Source: Clostridiales bacterium
Lineage (GTDB): Bacteria > Bacillota > Clostridia > Peptostreptococcales > Anaerovoracaceae
Assembly (NCBI GenBank): GCA_012744355.1
Contig: JAAYHV010000066.1
Span: 383 to 64,382 of the forward strand
DNA: 64,000 nucleotides
Direction: 5' to 3'
Part shown: positions 11,014 through 23,710 of the stretch, one piece after another
How positions within the stretch are numbered: position 1 is the stretch's first letter
How the letters are laid out: every line of letters begins with the position of its first letter
Made by a program: the position numbers and the translations under genes
Notes under the pieces: generated by a model
The model's database searches: none
Told to the model about the DNA's origin: nothing
What the model saw: only the letters and a program-made list of their open reading frames with translations

Positions 11014-12080
11014 AGATTGCTTTTAATAATATCGCCTATTTCTTTGGTGCCAGTTACTTTTTCCCTAGGTTTGGCTATGTCCATAGTTCTGTAGCCATCG
11101 TTTAAAGTTTTGGTAACTGCAGATTCTATGGTATCAGCTTCCTTGATTAGATTAAACGTAGTTCTTAGCATCATAGCGCAAGATAGAATTGTAGCCATAG
11201 GATTAGCAATGTTTTGTCCTGCAATATCAGGAGCAGAACCATGAATTGGTTCATACATTCCAAAGTTTCCTTTGCTAAGGCTGCTTGATGGTAGCATACC
11301 GATTGATCCAGTAACTTGGCTAGCTTCATCAGACAAAATATCACCGAAGAGATTAGATGTAAGTATAACATCATATTGCTTAGGATTTCTGACAATTTGC
11401 ATAGCGGCATTATCTACATACTGATGGTTTAATTCGACTTTGGGGTAATCCTTAGAAACATTGTTTACTGTGGATCTCCAAAGCCTGGAACTTTCTAGGA
11501 CGTTTGCTTTATCTACACTTGTAACTTTTTTATTTCTTTTCATGGCTAGTTCAAAGGCTGTTTTAGCTATTCTTTCAATCTCCATTACATTATATTCTTC
11601 AACATCATAAGCGGCTTCATAACCGTCGACTATTTTTCGCCCTTTTTCGCCGAAATAAATACCTCCTGTAAGCTCTCTTACCACGACTAGATTGAGTCCG
11701 CCTTTAACTAGTTCCTCCTTAAGAGGGCATGCATCAGACAGAGCATCAAACATTATAGCTGGCCTTATATTTGCATATAGATTAAGAGCTTTTCTAAGTC
11801 CAAGTAGAGCCTGCTCAGGTCTCTTGCTTCCTGGAAAGTCGTCCCATTTAGGGCCGCCTACAGCGCCTAAAATAACCGCATCTGATCTTTTGCAAGTCTT
11901 TACTGTGATTTCAGGTAGGCATTCTCCAGTTTCGTCTATCGCGACTCCGCCGGCTAATACTTCGTTATAATTAAATTTATGATTATATAAAGATGCAATC
12001 TCATCTAATATCTTTATAGCTTCAGCCGTAACTTCAGGGCCTATGCCGTCGCCTCTAATAACTGCCAAGTTTATATTCAT
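10998..12080 (-). CDS. leuB: 3-isopropylmalate dehydrogenase
   Basis: 360 aa with the [14 protein letters not shown]-terminus and [12 protein letters not shown] motif. Confidence 0.94.
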   Translation of the reverse strand: MNINLAVIRGDGIGPEVTAEAIKILDEIASLYNHKFNYNEVLAGGVAIDETGECLPEITVKTCKRSDAVILGAVGGPKWDDFPGSKRPEQALLGLRKALNLYANIRPAIMFDALSDACPLKEELVKGGLNLVVVRELTGGIYFGEKGRKIVDGYEAAYDVEEYNVMEIERIAKTAFELAMKRNKKVTSVDKANVLESSRLWRSTVNNVSKDYPKVELNHQYVDNAAMQIVRNPKQYDVILTSNLFGDILSDEASQVTGSIGMLPSSSLSKGNFGMYEPIHGSAPDIAGQNIANPMATILSCAMMLRTTFNLIKEADTIESAVTKTLNDGYRTMDIAKPREKVTGTKEIGDIIKSNLKILI

Positions 12081-12568
12081 TTACCTTCCTCCGTTATACT
12101 TTTAAGTAGGCCACCTTTATCTATAATTTCTTTGATGAATTCTGGAAAAGGCAGAGCTTGATACGATTCATTTTTAGTTATGTTAGTAATCAAACCGCTA
12201 TCAAAATCTATTTCCACTGTATCTCCAGCGTCAATTGAATCGCTAGCATCTTTACACTCTAGTATAGGAAGTCCAATATTGATTGAGTTTCTATAAAATA
12301 TTCTGGCAAAGGTATTTGCTATAACGCAGCTTATGCCTGATGCCTTAATGGCAATAGGTGCATGCTCACGAGATGAACCACAGCCAAAGTTATCGCCTGC
12401 GACGATAATATCTCCTTTAGAAACTTTCTTTACAAAATCTTTATCTATATCTTCCATGCAGTGACTTGCTAGCTCTTCGTGGCTCTGAGTGTTTAGGTAT
12501 CTTGCAGGGATAATTACGTCTGTGTCTACGTTGTTTCCGTATTTATGTACTGTTCCTTTAGCTTTCAT
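12077..12568 (-). CDS. leuD: 3-isopropylmalate dehydratase small subunit
   Basis: 163 aa with the [13 protein letters not shown] motif. Overlaps the leuB start. Confidence 0.92.
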   Translation of the reverse strand: MKAKGTVHKYGNNVDTDVIIPARYLNTQSHEELASHCMEDIDKDFVKKVSKGDIIVAGDNFGCGSSREHAPIAIKASGISCVIANTFARIFYRNSINIGLPILECKDASDSIDAGDTVEIDFDSGLITNITKNESYQALPFPEFIKEIIDKGGLLKSITEEGK

Positions 12569-12576
12569 GTTACCTC

Positions 12577-13839
12577 CTAATTTGGCGAACTTATTTTACC
12601 TGTTATAGCAGAAGCTGCAGCAACTGCAGGGCTTGCTAGATATACCTTTGAATCGATATGACCCATTCTGCCAACGAAATTTCTGTTGGTTGTAGCTACG
12701 CAGCTTTCGCCTGCAGCAAGAACTCCCATATGTCCTCCTAGGCATGGTCCACAGGTAGGTGTTGATACTACGCAACCGGCATCGATAAATATGTCTGTAT
12801 ACCCTAGATGCATGCACTGCTTATATATCTTTTGAGTAGCAGGTATTATTATACCTCTAACATCTCTATGTAGTTTTTTACCTCTTAATATTTCGGCAGC
12901 TTCCTTCATGTCTGATAATCTACCGTTAGTGCACGAACCTATAACCACTTGATCTATACTGATATCATCCATGGCTTCTATCTCATCTATATTGTATGTG
13001 TTTTCTGGTAGATGAGGAAATGCTACAGTTGGTTTAATCGTCGACAAGTCTATGTCAAATACCTTGTCATAAGTTGCATCTTCATCTGGGAAGTAAGCTT
13101 TAGTTTGCCTGCATATTTTATCCTTTATATATTCTTTTGTGATATCATCTACCACGAAAATTCCGTTTTTAGAGCCTGCTTCTATAGCCATATTAGATAT
13201 GCAAAGCCTATCATCAATAGTCAAATTTTCAATTCCTTCTCCCATAAATTCCATAGACTTATATAAAGCACCGTCTACACCAATCATTCCTATGATATGA
13301 AGAATGACATCTTTGCCAGATACGTGCTTGTTTAGCTTTCCAGATATATTAAACTTAATAGCAGAGGGAACTTTAAACCATGCCATGCCAGTTGCCATGC
13401 CTGCAGCCACATCAGTGCTTCCAACTCCTGTAGAAAAAGCGCCTAAGGCTCCATATGTGCATGTATGAGAATCAGCTCCAATTACAAGTTCCCCAGGTGC
13501 TACTAATCCGAGCTCTGGAAGAAGTGCATGCTCTATTCCCATATTACCAACATCGTAGAAGTTTGTAATATCAAATTTTCTTGCAAAAGTTCTGCATTGT
13601 TTGCACTGCTCTGCCGATTTAATATCTTTATTAGGTGTGAAGTGGTCCATAACAAGGGAAACCTTATCCTTGTTAAACAATTTATCAAAGCCATTAGAAA
13701 TAAATTCATTGATAGAGACAGGTCCTGTAATATCATTTGCTAAAACCATATCAAGTCTTGCATTTATTAGCTGCCCAGTTACCACTTCATCAAGACCAGC
13801 GTGATCGGCTAGAATCTTTTGCGTCATTGTCATACTCAT
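12577..13839 (-). CDS. leuC: 3-isopropylmalate dehydratase large subunit
   Basis: 420 aa aconitase-family protein with Fe-S ligand regions (GADSHT, GSCTNGR, CGPCLG). Confidence 0.93.
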   Translation of the reverse strand: MSMTMTQKILADHAGLDEVVTGQLINARLDMVLANDITGPVSINEFISNGFDKLFNKDKVSLVMDHFTPNKDIKSAEQCKQCRTFARKFDITNFYDVGNMGIEHALLPELGLVAPGELVIGADSHTCTYGALGAFSTGVGSTDVAAGMATGMAWFKVPSAIKFNISGKLNKHVSGKDVILHIIGMIGVDGALYKSMEFMGEGIENLTIDDRLCISNMAIEAGSKNGIFVVDDITKEYIKDKICRQTKAYFPDEDATYDKVFDIDLSTIKPTVAFPHLPENTYNIDEIEAMDDISIDQVVIGSCTNGRLSDMKEAAEILRGKKLHRDVRGIIIPATQKIYKQCMHLGYTDIFIDAGCVVSTPTCGPCLGGHMGVLAAGESCVATTNRNFVGRMGHIDSKVYLASPAVAAASAITGKISSPN

Positions 13840-13850
13840 ATTAATTTCTC

Positions 13851-15548
13851 CTATTTAACAAAATTCATTTTATTGTTTGCTCTGTTAAGGGCGCTTACAA
13901 GTGCATTTACAGAAGCTAGTATTATATCTGAATGAGTTCCGATTCCCCAGAATTTATTACCATCATTATCTTCTATTAATATATACGCAGCGGCTCTTGA
14001 ATCAGACTTACTTTCTAAAGCGTGCTCTGAATACGTAACAAAACAATAATTATATTCAAAAGGTGCTTTTAATAAAGCATTACTAACAGCATCTAAACGT
14101 CCGTTACCTTCGCTTGTGAAACTGTAATTTCTGCCATTAATTATAACATCTATATCGACAGAGAAAATAGCTTTATTCTCATCCGATGAGACTTTTTTAA
14201 AAGTGGCATCTGTGATATCAATATTTTCAAAATTATTTATAAACTCCTTGCCAAATATCTCAAAGACCTTATCTGCTGGTATTTCAGAATGATTCTTATC
14301 GGATATATCCTTTATTAGATATCCTACCTCTGATTGCATACCCTTAGGAAGCATGTAGCCGTAGTTTTGTTCTATTATATATGCTACTCCACCTTTACCA
14401 GACTGACTGTTAATTCTAATAACATCAGCTTCATATTCCTTACCAATATCCCTAGGGTCTATAGGCAAATATGGAACAGTCCATTGATCGCAGCCGGTTT
14501 CCTGATGGTGCTTCATACCTTTAGCTATAGCGTCTTGATGAGACCCTGAAAAAGCTGCAAATACTAATTTGCCACCGTAAGGCTGCCTTGGATCTACTTG
14601 CATATCAGTAAAATTCTCATAAGCTTCTACTACTTTAGGAATATCGTTAAAGTGAAGATTAGGATTAACTCCGTGAGCAAACAAGTTCATAGCTAAAGTT
14701 ACAAGGTCTACATTGCCAGTTCTTTCACCGTTTCCAAACAGTGTGCCTTCTACTCTATCTCCTCCTGCTAGTATTCCTAGTTCGGCTTCAGCGATAGCTG
14801 TTCCTCTGTCATTATGAGGATGAAGAGATACTATAAGGTTTTCTCTGCCATGAAGATTATCGCACATGTATTCTATTTGATTAGCATATACGTGGGGCAT
14901 AGACATAGATACTGTAGAAGGAAGATTAATAATAACTTTCCAGTCTTTTCTAGGTTTCCACACGTCGATTACAGCATTACATACATCAAGAGCAAACTCC
15001 ATTTCAGTTCCTGTGAAACTCTCTGGGGAATATTCAAACCTAATATTACCAGCAAAGGATTCAGCTTTTTCTTTTAATAACTTAGCTCCGTTAGTAGCTA
15101 TATCTATTATTTCCTCTTTACTAGCTTTAAAAACCTGTTCTCTTTGAGAAAGAGAAGTAGAGTTATATAGATGCACTATCGCTTTATTAACGCCTTTTAA
15201 AGATTTGAAAGTTTCTTCTATTATATGCGCTCTTGATTGTGTAAGCACCTGTATGGTAACATCATCTGGTATTAAGCGGTCTTCTATTAGTCTTCTAACG
15301 AATTCATATTCTGTATTTGATGAAGCAGGAAAGCCTACCTCGATTTCCTTAAAGCCAAGTGAAACTAAAAACTTAAAGAATTCTAATTTTTGATCTAGGC
15401 TCATTGGAACTACTAAAGCTTGATTGCCATCTCTAAGATCCACGCTGCACCAAATAGGCGCCTTTTCAATATGATCCTTTTTCATCCAATCTCCTCTGAC
15501 TGTTGGAGGAGGGAAATATCCGATTTTGTACTTTTTACAGTTTTCCAT
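13851..15548 (-). CDS. leuA: 2-isopropylmalate synthase (long form)
   Basis: 565 aa with DLRDGNQ and HPHNDRGT motifs and a C-terminal LeuA dimerisation/regulatory domain. Confidence 0.92.
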   Translation of the reverse strand: MENCKKYKIGYFPPPTVRGDWMKKDHIEKAPIWCSVDLRDGNQALVVPMSLDQKLEFFKFLVSLGFKEIEVGFPASSNTEYEFVRRLIEDRLIPDDVTIQVLTQSRAHIIEETFKSLKGVNKAIVHLYNSTSLSQREQVFKASKEEIIDIATNGAKLLKEKAESFAGNIRFEYSPESFTGTEMEFALDVCNAVIDVWKPRKDWKVIINLPSTVSMSMPHVYANQIEYMCDNLHGRENLIVSLHPHNDRGTAIAEAELGILAGGDRVEGTLFGNGERTGNVDLVTLAMNLFAHGVNPNLHFNDIPKVVEAYENFTDMQVDPRQPYGGKLVFAAFSGSHQDAIAKGMKHHQETGCDQWTVPYLPIDPRDIGKEYEADVIRINSQSGKGGVAYIIEQNYGYMLPKGMQSEVGYLIKDISDKNHSEIPADKVFEIFGKEFINNFENIDITDATFKKVSSDENKAIFSVDIDVIINGRNYSFTSEGNGRLDAVSNALLKAPFEYNYCFVTYSEHALESKSDSRAAAYILIEDNDGNKFWGIGTHSDIILASVNALVSALNRANNKMNFVK

Positions 15549-15575
15549 AAATTTATCCTACCTTTTATACACATT

Positions 15576-15768
15576 AAAAAACCTCTTGAAAAATCAAGAG
15601 GCGAAAAAAATCCGCGGTACCACTCTTGTTGGTATAAAAATACCCACTCATTACCATATAGCTCGGGGGTGAGATACATATCTGAATTTGCAACTTCACA
15701 CCAAGCAGTTGCTCTCTTTAAAATTCATTGATATATTTATTCCCTTCAATGCTAAATTATTAATTTAT
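15576..15768 (-). promoter_or_regulatory. T-box leader (probable Leu specifier CUC) controlling leuACDB
   Basis: All on the minus strand. AGAGAG bulge; GGUGUGA distal-loop motif inside a GCAAC/GUUGC stem; candidate specifier CUC-A. The T-box sequence AGAGUGGUACCGCGG is at 15626-15612. The antiterminator CAAGAG/CUCUUG competes with the terminator CCUCUUGA-uuuu-UCAAGAGG plus U6 (15603-15576). UGGU matches a discriminator A, as in tRNA-Leu. Confidence 0.85.
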
Positions 15769-15774
15769 AGTGAT

Positions 15775-15803
15775 AATATATAATAAATTAAGAAGATTGT
15801 CAA
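15775..15803 (-). promoter_or_regulatory. sigma-A type promoter for the leu T-box leader
   Basis: Minus strand: TTGACA (15803-15798), 17-nt spacer, TATATT (15780-15775). Confidence 0.55.
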
Positions 15804-15863
15804 TAGAATTGAGTATATTTTATAAAAAAAGATAAAATAACTTGTAAAAAAACACAAAGAAGC

Positions 15864-15891
15864 TTGACTTTGCGATAAAATAATATATAAT
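15864..15891 (+). promoter_or_regulatory. sigma-A type promoter for ilvBNCD
   Basis: TTGACT (15864-15869), 16-nt spacer, TATAAT (15886-15891), about 30 nt before the ilvB ATG. Confidence 0.55.
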
Positions 15892-15922
15892 TGTAACAAA
15901 GATTAAAGAGAGGTAAAAGAGT

Positions 15923-17584
15923 ATGAAACTATTAGGAGCACAAATAATTGCTGAAGTACTTTTAGATCATAGTGTTGATACAGTGTTTGGATATCCAGGT
16001 GGTGCGGCGCTTAACGTTTATGATCAATTATATAAGTACAGTGATAGAATAAAACATGTCATGACAGCCCACGAGCAGGGTGCATCTCATGCAGCTGACG
16101 GCTACTATAGGGCTACTGGTAAAGTAGGCGTAGTAATTGCTACAAGCGGTCCTGGAGCTACAAACCTGGTAACTGGTTTAGCAACTGCCAATATGGACAG
16201 TATTCCTTTGATTGCAATAACTTCAAATGTACCTGATGCATTTATAGGAAGAGACGCGTTTCAAGAGATATGCATTACAGGTATTACTATGCCTATAACT
16301 AAGCATAATTTCTTTGTTAACGATATAAATGAATTAGAGGAGACTTTAAGACTGGCTTTTAAAATTGCAAACAGCGATAGAAAAGGTCCGGTGTTGATTG
16401 ACATCACAAAAGATGTATCAGGAGAAATGTGCGAATTTGTAAATAAAAAGCCATTAGAGCTAAAAGAGCATCCCCAAGCGGATATTGATAAAGTTAAACA
16501 GATAGCTAAAATAATAAACGCAGCTAAAAGGCCAGTGATATATTTTGGAGGAGGAGTTATAGCTTCCAATGCAGGAGAGGAAATGGCTAAGCTTATTTCC
16601 AAAGCTGATATACCTGCAACTTATACACTTATGGCAGCAGGTGTTATTGGATATGATAATCCAAAGAGTTTAGGCCTCATAGGAATGCATGGCACCATAT
16701 CTTCAAATCATGCCATTGATAATGCAGATTTAATTCTTGCAATGGGAACCAGATTTAGTGATAGGGTAGCATTAAACCCTGACAAATTTGGAAAGAAAGC
16801 AAAGATAGTGCAGGTGGATATTGATAGAAGTGAAATTGATAAAAACGTACTAGTTGATTTAAGCTGTATATGCGACATAAAAGATTTCTTGCTTAAACTG
16901 TTACCGATGATTGATGATGCAAAGCATGATAAATGGATTACACAGATAGCAGCTTGGAAAGAAAGAGAAAATCAAAAAGATCCTGAAGACGGAAGACTTC
17001 ACCCTCGTCAGATTATGGAAGCGGTTTGCGATTTTACTGATAAGGAAACGATATATGCAACCGATGTTGGGCAACATCAGATGTGGGCGGCTCAATACTT
17101 AAAGCATAAGAATACAAAGAGATTCTTAACTAGTGGAGGGCTTGGTACCATGGGATATGGATATGGCGCTGCAATAGGTGCTCAAGTCGGAAGACCAGAT
17201 TTTAGAGTAATTCATATAACTGGAGACGGCTCATTTCATATGAATTTAAATGAAGCAGCGACTGCGGTTTCTGAAAACTTGCCTATAATCACAGTTATTT
17301 TAAATAACTCGGTTTTAGGAATGGTATACCAGTGGCAGACGCTATTTTATGACAAGAGATATTCATCTACAATATTAGAGCGTAAAACTGATTACGTAAA
17401 ACTAGCTGAAGGTTTTGGCCTTCAAGGGTTTAGAGCTACTAATCCAAAAGAGCTTGAAGAAGCAATGGCAAAGGCTGTTAAGATAGATGGCCCTGTATGG
17501 ATCGAATGCGTTATACCAAGAGAAGAGAGAGTATTGCCAATGATTCCCGGTGGAGGGAATGTAGAAGATATGATAGTAGGTTGA
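15923..17584 (+). CDS. ilvB: acetolactate synthase large subunit
   Basis: 553 aa ThDP enzyme (GYPGGAALNVYD ... GLGTMGYGYGAAIGA ... GDGSFHMN). Confidence 0.94.
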   Translation: MKLLGAQIIAEVLLDHSVDTVFGYPGGAALNVYDQLYKYSDRIKHVMTAHEQGASHAADGYYRATGKVGVVIATSGPGATNLVTGLATANMDSIPLIAITSNVPDAFIGRDAFQEICITGITMPITKHNFFVNDINELEETLRLAFKIANSDRKGPVLIDITKDVSGEMCEFVNKKPLELKEHPQADIDKVKQIAKIINAAKRPVIYFGGGVIASNAGEEMAKLISKADIPATYTLMAAGVIGYDNPKSLGLIGMHGTISSNHAIDNADLILAMGTRFSDRVALNPDKFGKKAKIVQVDIDRSEIDKNVLVDLSCICDIKDFLLKLLPMIDDAKHDKWITQIAAWKERENQKDPEDGRLHPRQIMEAVCDFTDKETIYATDVGQHQMWAAQYLKHKNTKRFLTSGGLGTMGYGYGAAIGAQVGRPDFRVIHITGDGSFHMNLNEAATAVSENLPIITVILNNSVLGMVYQWQTLFYDKRYSSTILERKTDYVKLAEGFGLQGFRATNPKELEEAMAKAVKIDGPVWIECVIPREERVLPMIPGGGNVEDMIVG

Positions 17585-17586
17585 TT

Positions 17587-18081
17587 ATGAGGAATATGCA
17601 AACAAAAAAAGAAACAGTAAGTATATTTGTACAAAATCAGGCAAATGTACTGACTAGAGTAGTAAGCCTTTTCGGAAGAAGAGGATACAACATTGATTCA
17701 CTAACAGTTTCTGCTACTAACGATCCTGAAATTTCAAGGATAACGATAGTGTTTAACGTTACTGATGCTTCTTTAAAGCAGATTATAACGCAGACAGAAA
17801 AGCTAGAAGTAGTTAGGGAAATATTTGTGCTGGAATCTGAAAATAGCGTTTATAGAGAGCTTCTATTAGTTAAAGTGGCTACTACTGCGCAAAACAGATG
17901 TCAAATAAAAGACGTAGTTGATATTTACAGAGGTAAAATAATCAGCTTGTCTAGAGAAAGTATAATTATTGAACTTACCGGAAATTCTGATAAGATCGAT
18001 AGTATATTAAAGGTGCTAAGTGATTACGAGATACTAGATATAAGCCGAACCGGTACTACAGGTATGTCAAGAGAAAATTAA
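17587..18081 (+). CDS. ilvN: acetolactate synthase small (regulatory) subunit
   Basis: Has the ACT-domain N-terminus SIFVQNQANVLTRVVSLFGRRGYNIDSLTV. The start is taken as ATG 17587; the ORF-track start at 17497 overlaps ilvB. Confidence 0.88.
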   Translation: MRNMQTKKETVSIFVQNQANVLTRVVSLFGRRGYNIDSLTVSATNDPEISRITIVFNVTDASLKQIITQTEKLEVVREIFVLESENSVYRELLLVKVATTAQNRCQIKDVVDIYRGKIISLSRESIIIELTGNSDKIDSILKVLSDYEILDISRTGTTGMSREN

Positions 18082-18085
18082 TTAA

Positions 18086-19093
<1,008 letters not shown>

Positions 19094-19108
19094 TCACAGG
19101 AGGAAAAG

Positions 19109-20773
19109 ATGGCAAAGACAAGTGATAATGTAACAAAAGGAATAGAGAGAGCTCCGGCTAGAAGTTTGTTTTATGCCATGGGTTATACAAAAGAAGAGTT
19201 GGAAAGACCACTTATAGCAGTTATATCTGCGCACAGTGAAATAGTTCCAGGTCACGTAAATTTAGATAAAATTGCCGAGGCTGTTAAAGCTGGGGTAAGA
19301 ATGGCGGGGGGAACACCTATTCTTATGCCTGCCATTGGAATCTGCGATGGAATAGCTATGGGTCACATAGGAATGAAGTATAGCTTACCTTCAAGAGAGC
19401 TAATTGCAGATAGCTGTGAGTCACTTATACTGGCTCATGCTTTTGATGCAGTGGTAATGGTTCCTAACTGCGATAAAATCGTACCTGGAATGGTCATGGC
19501 AGCAGTTAGACTTAATATACCGACAGTTGTAGTATCAGGTGGCCCTATGATGGCAGGTCTTGTTAATGGAGAAGAAACAAGTTTATCTAAGATGTTTGAA
19601 GCAGTTGGTGCTAGAAAAGCAGATATGATAACTGACGAAGAACTAGATGAATACGAACAAAACGTATGCCCAGGTTGCGGATCATGTTCAGGCATGTACA
19701 CTGCTAACAGCATGAACTGCCTATGCGAAGCAATCGGTATTGCGCTTCCAGGTAACGGAACGATACCAGCTGTTGAAAGCGGAAGAATTCAACTTGCTAA
19801 AAGAGCTGGGCAGGCAATAATGAATCTATATGAAAAAAATATATGCGCTAGAGATATAATTAATGAAAAATCTGTAGCAAATGCAATAGCTTGTGATATG
19901 GCGCTGGGTTGTTCGACAAACAGCGTACTACATCTTTTAGCCATAGCATATGAGGCTGGAGTTCCGGTTGATCTTAGCTTGTTTAATGAGATTAGCGCAA
20001 AGACTCCTAATCTTTGCCATCTGGCGCCTGCAGGAAACACGCATATGCATGATTTAAACAATGCAGGAGGCGTAGGTGCAGTTATGAAAGAGCTTGCTAA
20101 AAAAGAGTTAATTGATGAAAGCTTAATCACAGCTACCGGAAAGTCTGTAGGCGAAAATATAAAAAATAAGCGAATCAAGAATGAAAATTCGATTAGACCT
20201 ATTGAAAATCCATATAGCAAAAACGGAGGACTTCAGATTCTTTGGGGCAATGTGGCGACTGAAGGCGCAGTGGTGAAAAGAAGCGCTGTCGCTCCTGAGA
20301 TGATGAAAACCCAGTGTAAAGCCAGAGTATTTGATAGCGAAGAAGCTGCGATAGACGAAATATATCGAGGCGGAATAGTGCCAGGGGACATTGTAGTAAT
20401 TAGATACGAAGGCCCGAAAGGCGGCCCTGGAATGAGGGAGATGTTAAATCCTACCAGCGCGCTAGCAGGCATGAAGCTAGATAAATCAGTAGCACTACTA
20501 ACTGACGGAAGATTTAGCGGAGCTAGCAGAGGAGCTTCTATTGGGCATGCTTGCCCAGAAGCAGCAGCAGGCGGTGTTATTGGTCTTTTAGAGGATGGAG
20601 ATATAATCGAAATAGATATTGAGAAGGCATATATTAACGCCAAGGTAACTGATGAAGAATTCGAAAAGAGAAGACATAATCATGTTTCCCCAAAACCAAA
20701 GATCCAAGGAGGGTGGCTTAATAGATACTCTCGATACGTAGCCGCATCTAGTAAAGGCGCTGTTATGGAATAG
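19109..20773 (+). CDS. ilvD: dihydroxy-acid dehydratase
   Basis: 554 aa with [17 protein letters not shown] and TDGRFSG motifs. Confidence 0.95.
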   Translation: MAKTSDNVTKGIERAPARSLFYAMGYTKEELERPLIAVISAHSEIVPGHVNLDKIAEAVKAGVRMAGGTPILMPAIGICDGIAMGHIGMKYSLPSRELIADSCESLILAHAFDAVVMVPNCDKIVPGMVMAAVRLNIPTVVVSGGPMMAGLVNGEETSLSKMFEAVGARKADMITDEELDEYEQNVCPGCGSCSGMYTANSMNCLCEAIGIALPGNGTIPAVESGRIQLAKRAGQAIMNLYEKNICARDIINEKSVANAIACDMALGCSTNSVLHLLAIAYEAGVPVDLSLFNEISAKTPNLCHLAPAGNTHMHDLNNAGGVGAVMKELAKKELIDESLITATGKSVGENIKNKRIKNENSIRPIENPYSKNGGLQILWGNVATEGAVVKRSAVAPEMMKTQCKARVFDSEEAAIDEIYRGGIVPGDIVVIRYEGPKGGPGMREMLNPTSALAGMKLDKSVALLTDGRFSGASRGASIGHACPEAAAGGVIGLLEDGDIIEIDIEKAYINAKVTDEEFEKRRHNHVSPKPKIQGGWLNRYSRYVAASSKGAVME

Positions 20774-20781
20774 ACTTGATA

Positions 20782-20819
20782 AACGTGTATAGATTAAAAA
20801 ATATACGCGTTTTATATTT
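20782..20819 (+). terminator. probable terminator after ilvD
   Basis: AACGTGTATA / TATACGCGTT 10-bp stem with one G-U pair and a 10-nt loop, followed by a T-rich tail. Confidence 0.5.
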
Positions 20820-20842
20820 CTCGGAATACTTTAACGATTTAC

Positions 20843-20871
20843 TTGACTAAAGCGTCTAAAAATATTATACT
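20843..20871 (+). promoter_or_regulatory. sigma-A type promoter for the his operon
   Basis: TTGACT (20843-20848), 17-nt spacer, TATACT (20866-20871). Confidence 0.55.
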
Positions 20872-20902
20872 ATCAACGATAATGTTAATATAGGAGAGTG
20901 GA

Positions 20903-22018
20903 ATGAATAGCATATACAATAAATTATCAAAAGAAGAAGCCTTACCTTTAGTGTTAAGAGAAATCTATGAAAGTAGAGGATATAATAAATACAAGATGGG
21001 AGAATTTGTCCCATATGATATATATCTAGATCATAGAAATTTTTTGAGAGAAGAAGGTATAATTACGTTTACAGGAGCTGATGGAAAACTCATGGCACTT
21101 AAGCCTGACGTGACTATGAGCGTTGTAAAAAACGTTTCAGACGAAACGGTAACAAAAAAAGTTTTCTATTATGAAAATGTATTTAGGATATCTAACAATC
21201 AAAATGAAGAGATAAACCAAATCGGAGTAGAGTTTATAGGTGGTGAAGATTTATATGCATCGGCTGAAGTAATTGAATTAGCTTGCAGAAGCCTAGAAGC
21301 AATTAGCAGTAAATACATACTTAGTATAAATGATATGGGATTTATGGCAGGGCTTTTAGATGAGCTAAAGCTTAGCGATGAAGCAGAATATGAACTGTCA
21401 AATGTTTTAAAGCTTAAAAGTCTTACGGCCCTTAAGAAGTTTTGCGGAAAGTATAGTATAGATGATAAACACTGTGATTATTTGAGAAACATTATCAGAC
21501 TTGAAGGTCCTTTTGCAGAAGTACTAATAGATGCTAAAAGTTTATGCTTAAATGAAAAAATGGAATTAGCCTTAGATGAGTTAGATGAGCTTTTTAACAC
21601 TTTAAAAGCGATAAAGCTATCTGATAAGATTAAACTTGACTTATCAATAGTAAATGATCTTGACTACTATAACGGCATAATATTCAAAGGATATATAAAT
21701 GGAGTGCCTAAAGCTGTATTATCTGGAGGAAGGTACGATAATCTGATGCATAGACTAAATAAAAAGCAAGCTGCAGTAGGCTTTGCTATTTACTTAAGCT
21801 ACATAGACAGATTATTTAGAAATGAAACCAAGTATAACACTGAAGCGGTTATTTACTATGGAAATTCAGGTACAAAAGATGTCGCAATAGCAGTGAGCAA
21901 ATTGTCTGAGAAATATAAAAGCGTAAGAGCAGAAAAAATAAATTTAAATCATGTGAAAGCGGAGAAGGAATTTAATCTAGTAAATAAAGTGATAGAGGAG
22001 GTGGAGGAGAATGCTTAG
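20903..22018 (+). CDS. hisZ: ATP phosphoribosyltransferase regulatory subunit
   Basis: 371 aa HisRS-paralogue lacking an anticodon-binding domain. Immediately precedes a short-form hisG. Confidence 0.88.
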   Translation: MNSIYNKLSKEEALPLVLREIYESRGYNKYKMGEFVPYDIYLDHRNFLREEGIITFTGADGKLMALKPDVTMSVVKNVSDETVTKKVFYYENVFRISNNQNEEINQIGVEFIGGEDLYASAEVIELACRSLEAISSKYILSINDMGFMAGLLDELKLSDEAEYELSNVLKLKSLTALKKFCGKYSIDDKHCDYLRNIIRLEGPFAEVLIDAKSLCLNEKMELALDELDELFNTLKAIKLSDKIKLDLSIVNDLDYYNGIIFKGYINGVPKAVLSGGRYDNLMHRLNKKQAAVGFAIYLSYIDRLFRNETKYNTEAVIYYGNSGTKDVAIAVSKLSEKYKSVRAEKINLNHVKAEKEFNLVNKVIEEVEENA

Positions 22019-22634
22019 TATTGCACTTCCGAAAGGACGTTTAGGAAATAGCGTATATAACCTCTTTGAGGCTATAGGATATGATTGCCCAGAGATAAAT
22101 GATGAAACTAGAAAACTGGTCTTCATAAATGAAGAAAAAGACATAAAATATCTTTTAGTAAAGCCCTCAGACGTAGCGGTATACGTAGAAAAGGGTGCTG
22201 CAGATATTGGAGTAATAGGAAGCGATATACTTTTTGAAGGAAATAGTGATGTGTATGAATTGCTGGATTTAAATCTAGGTAAATGCAAGATGTGTATAGC
22301 AGCAGAAAATGGATGGAATGATGACCTTAGTTTACCCTTAAGGGTAGCTAGCAAGTATCCGAATACTGCTTCAAGATACTTCGATTCGATAAGTAGGCGT
22401 ATAGAGATTATCAAACTAAACGGTAGCATAGAGCTAGCACCGCTACTAGGTATGTCTGATGTAATAGTAGACATAGTCGAAACTGGTGGTACACTTAAAG
22501 GTAATGATTTATCAGTTGTAAAAGAAATAGAAAATATAAGCGCAAGGCTGATTGCTAACAAGAGTTCCTATCAGTTTAAAAAGGAAAAAATAGATAAAAT
22601 AGTTGAAAACATGAATAAAATTGTTGAAGAATAG
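22011..22634 (+). CDS. hisG: ATP phosphoribosyltransferase, short form
   Basis: 207 aa with the LSIALPKGRL N-terminus and DIVETGGTLK motif. Confidence 0.93.
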   Translation: MLSIALPKGRLGNSVYNLFEAIGYDCPEINDETRKLVFINEEKDIKYLLVKPSDVAVYVEKGAADIGVIGSDILFEGNSDVYELLDLNLGKCKMCIAAENGWNDDLSLPLRVASKYPNTASRYFDSISRRIEIIKLNGSIELAPLLGMSDVIVDIVETGGTLKGNDLSVVKEIENISARLIANKSSYQFKKEKIDKIVENMNKIVEE

Positions 22635-22642
22635 GTGGGGAA

Positions 22643-23710
22643 ATGAGCAGGTTTTTATCAGAAAATTTAATAAATATCAAGCCATATGAGCCAGGCGAGC
22701 AGCCGCGTAGTAGCGAAAAATGGATAAAATTAAACACTAATGAAAGTCCTTTTTCTCCATCAAAAAATGTTAAAAACTTAATAAATAACTATGATTATTC
22801 AAAACTTAGACTGTATCCTGACCCTAGCTGTTACAGCCTGATTTCAAAGCTTTCAGACGAATTTAAAGTAAATAAAAGTCAAATAATAGTTGGTAATGGA
22901 TCAGATGAAATCCTAGCATTTTCATTCATGGGATTATGCAAAAATGGAGCAGCTTTTTCGGATTTAACCTACGGATTTTATCCGGTTTTTTCAAATTTAT
23001 TTAATATAAAAACTAAAATAGTTGAGCTAAATAACTCATTTGAAATAGATATAAATGACTATAAAGGCCTAAAGGAAACAATAATAATTGCTAATCCTAA
23101 TGCACCAACTGGGATTGAACTAAGCGTAAAATGTATAAAAAAATTGCTTGAAAGTGACAAAGATAGACTTGTAATTATAGATGAAGCCTATGTGGATTTT
23201 GGAGCCGAGTCATCAATAAAACTTGTAAAAGAGTACGATAATTTGCTTGTTATAGGTACTTTTTCTAAATCGAGAAACTTGGCTGGAGCTAGAATTGGCT
23301 ATGCAGTAGCAAGCGAAGAAATAATTGCTGATTTAAATGCGATTAAATTTAGCTTTAACCCATACAATTTAAGCAGTCTTAGCATCGATATAGGGGTGGA
23401 AGCGCTTTGTGACAAGGAATACTTTAAAAGTTGCATAGAGCAAATAGTATCAAACAGAGAGTATCTTACTAATAAATTAGAAGATTTAGGATTTGAAATA
23501 GTAAAGAGCAAAGCCAATTTCATATTCGTAAGACCTTTAGGTATTGCAGGCAAAAAGTATTACGAGAGACTAAAGGAAAAAGGCGTTCTTGTAAGATATT
23601 TTGATAAAACCAGAACAAAAGACTATGTGAGAATAACAATAGGAACTATTAAAGATTGCGATATTTTGATAGAAATGACAAAGGAAATATTATCGGAGGT
23701 AGGAAGATGA
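22643..23710 (+). CDS. hisC: histidinol-phosphate aminotransferase
   Basis: 355 aa class-II aminotransferase (NTNESP ... GNGSDE ... TFSKS PLP lysine). Sits in the his operon. Confidence 0.9.
   Translation: MSRFLSENLINIKPYEPGEQPRSSEKWIKLNTNESPFSPSKNVKNLINNYDYSKLRLYPDPSCYSLISKLSDEFKVNKSQIIVGNGSDEILAFSFMGLCKNGAAFSDLTYGFYPVFSNLFNIKTKIVELNNSFEIDINDYKGLKETIIIANPNAPTGIELSVKCIKKLLESDKDRLVIIDEAYVDFGAESSIKLVKEYDNLLVIGTFSKSRNLAGARIGYAVASEEIIADLNAIKFSFNPYNLSSLSIDIGVEALCDKEYFKSCIEQIVSNREYLTNKLEDLGFEIVKSKANFIFVRPLGIAGKKYYERLKEKGVLVRYFDKTRTKDYVRITIGTIKDCDILIEMTKEILSEVGR

Noticed and set aside
21977-22561. Long antisense ORFs opposite well-supported genes. This 194-aa ORF lies opposite hisG. Similar cases are 131..610, 611..979, 19789..20220, 20233..20643, 32821..33282 and 40331..40894.
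   Set aside because: Each lies entirely within, and antisense to, a gene with clear family motifs. Their products are low-complexity and Ser/Leu/Ile/Phe-rich, as expected for shadow frames in AT-rich DNA. None has an RBS.
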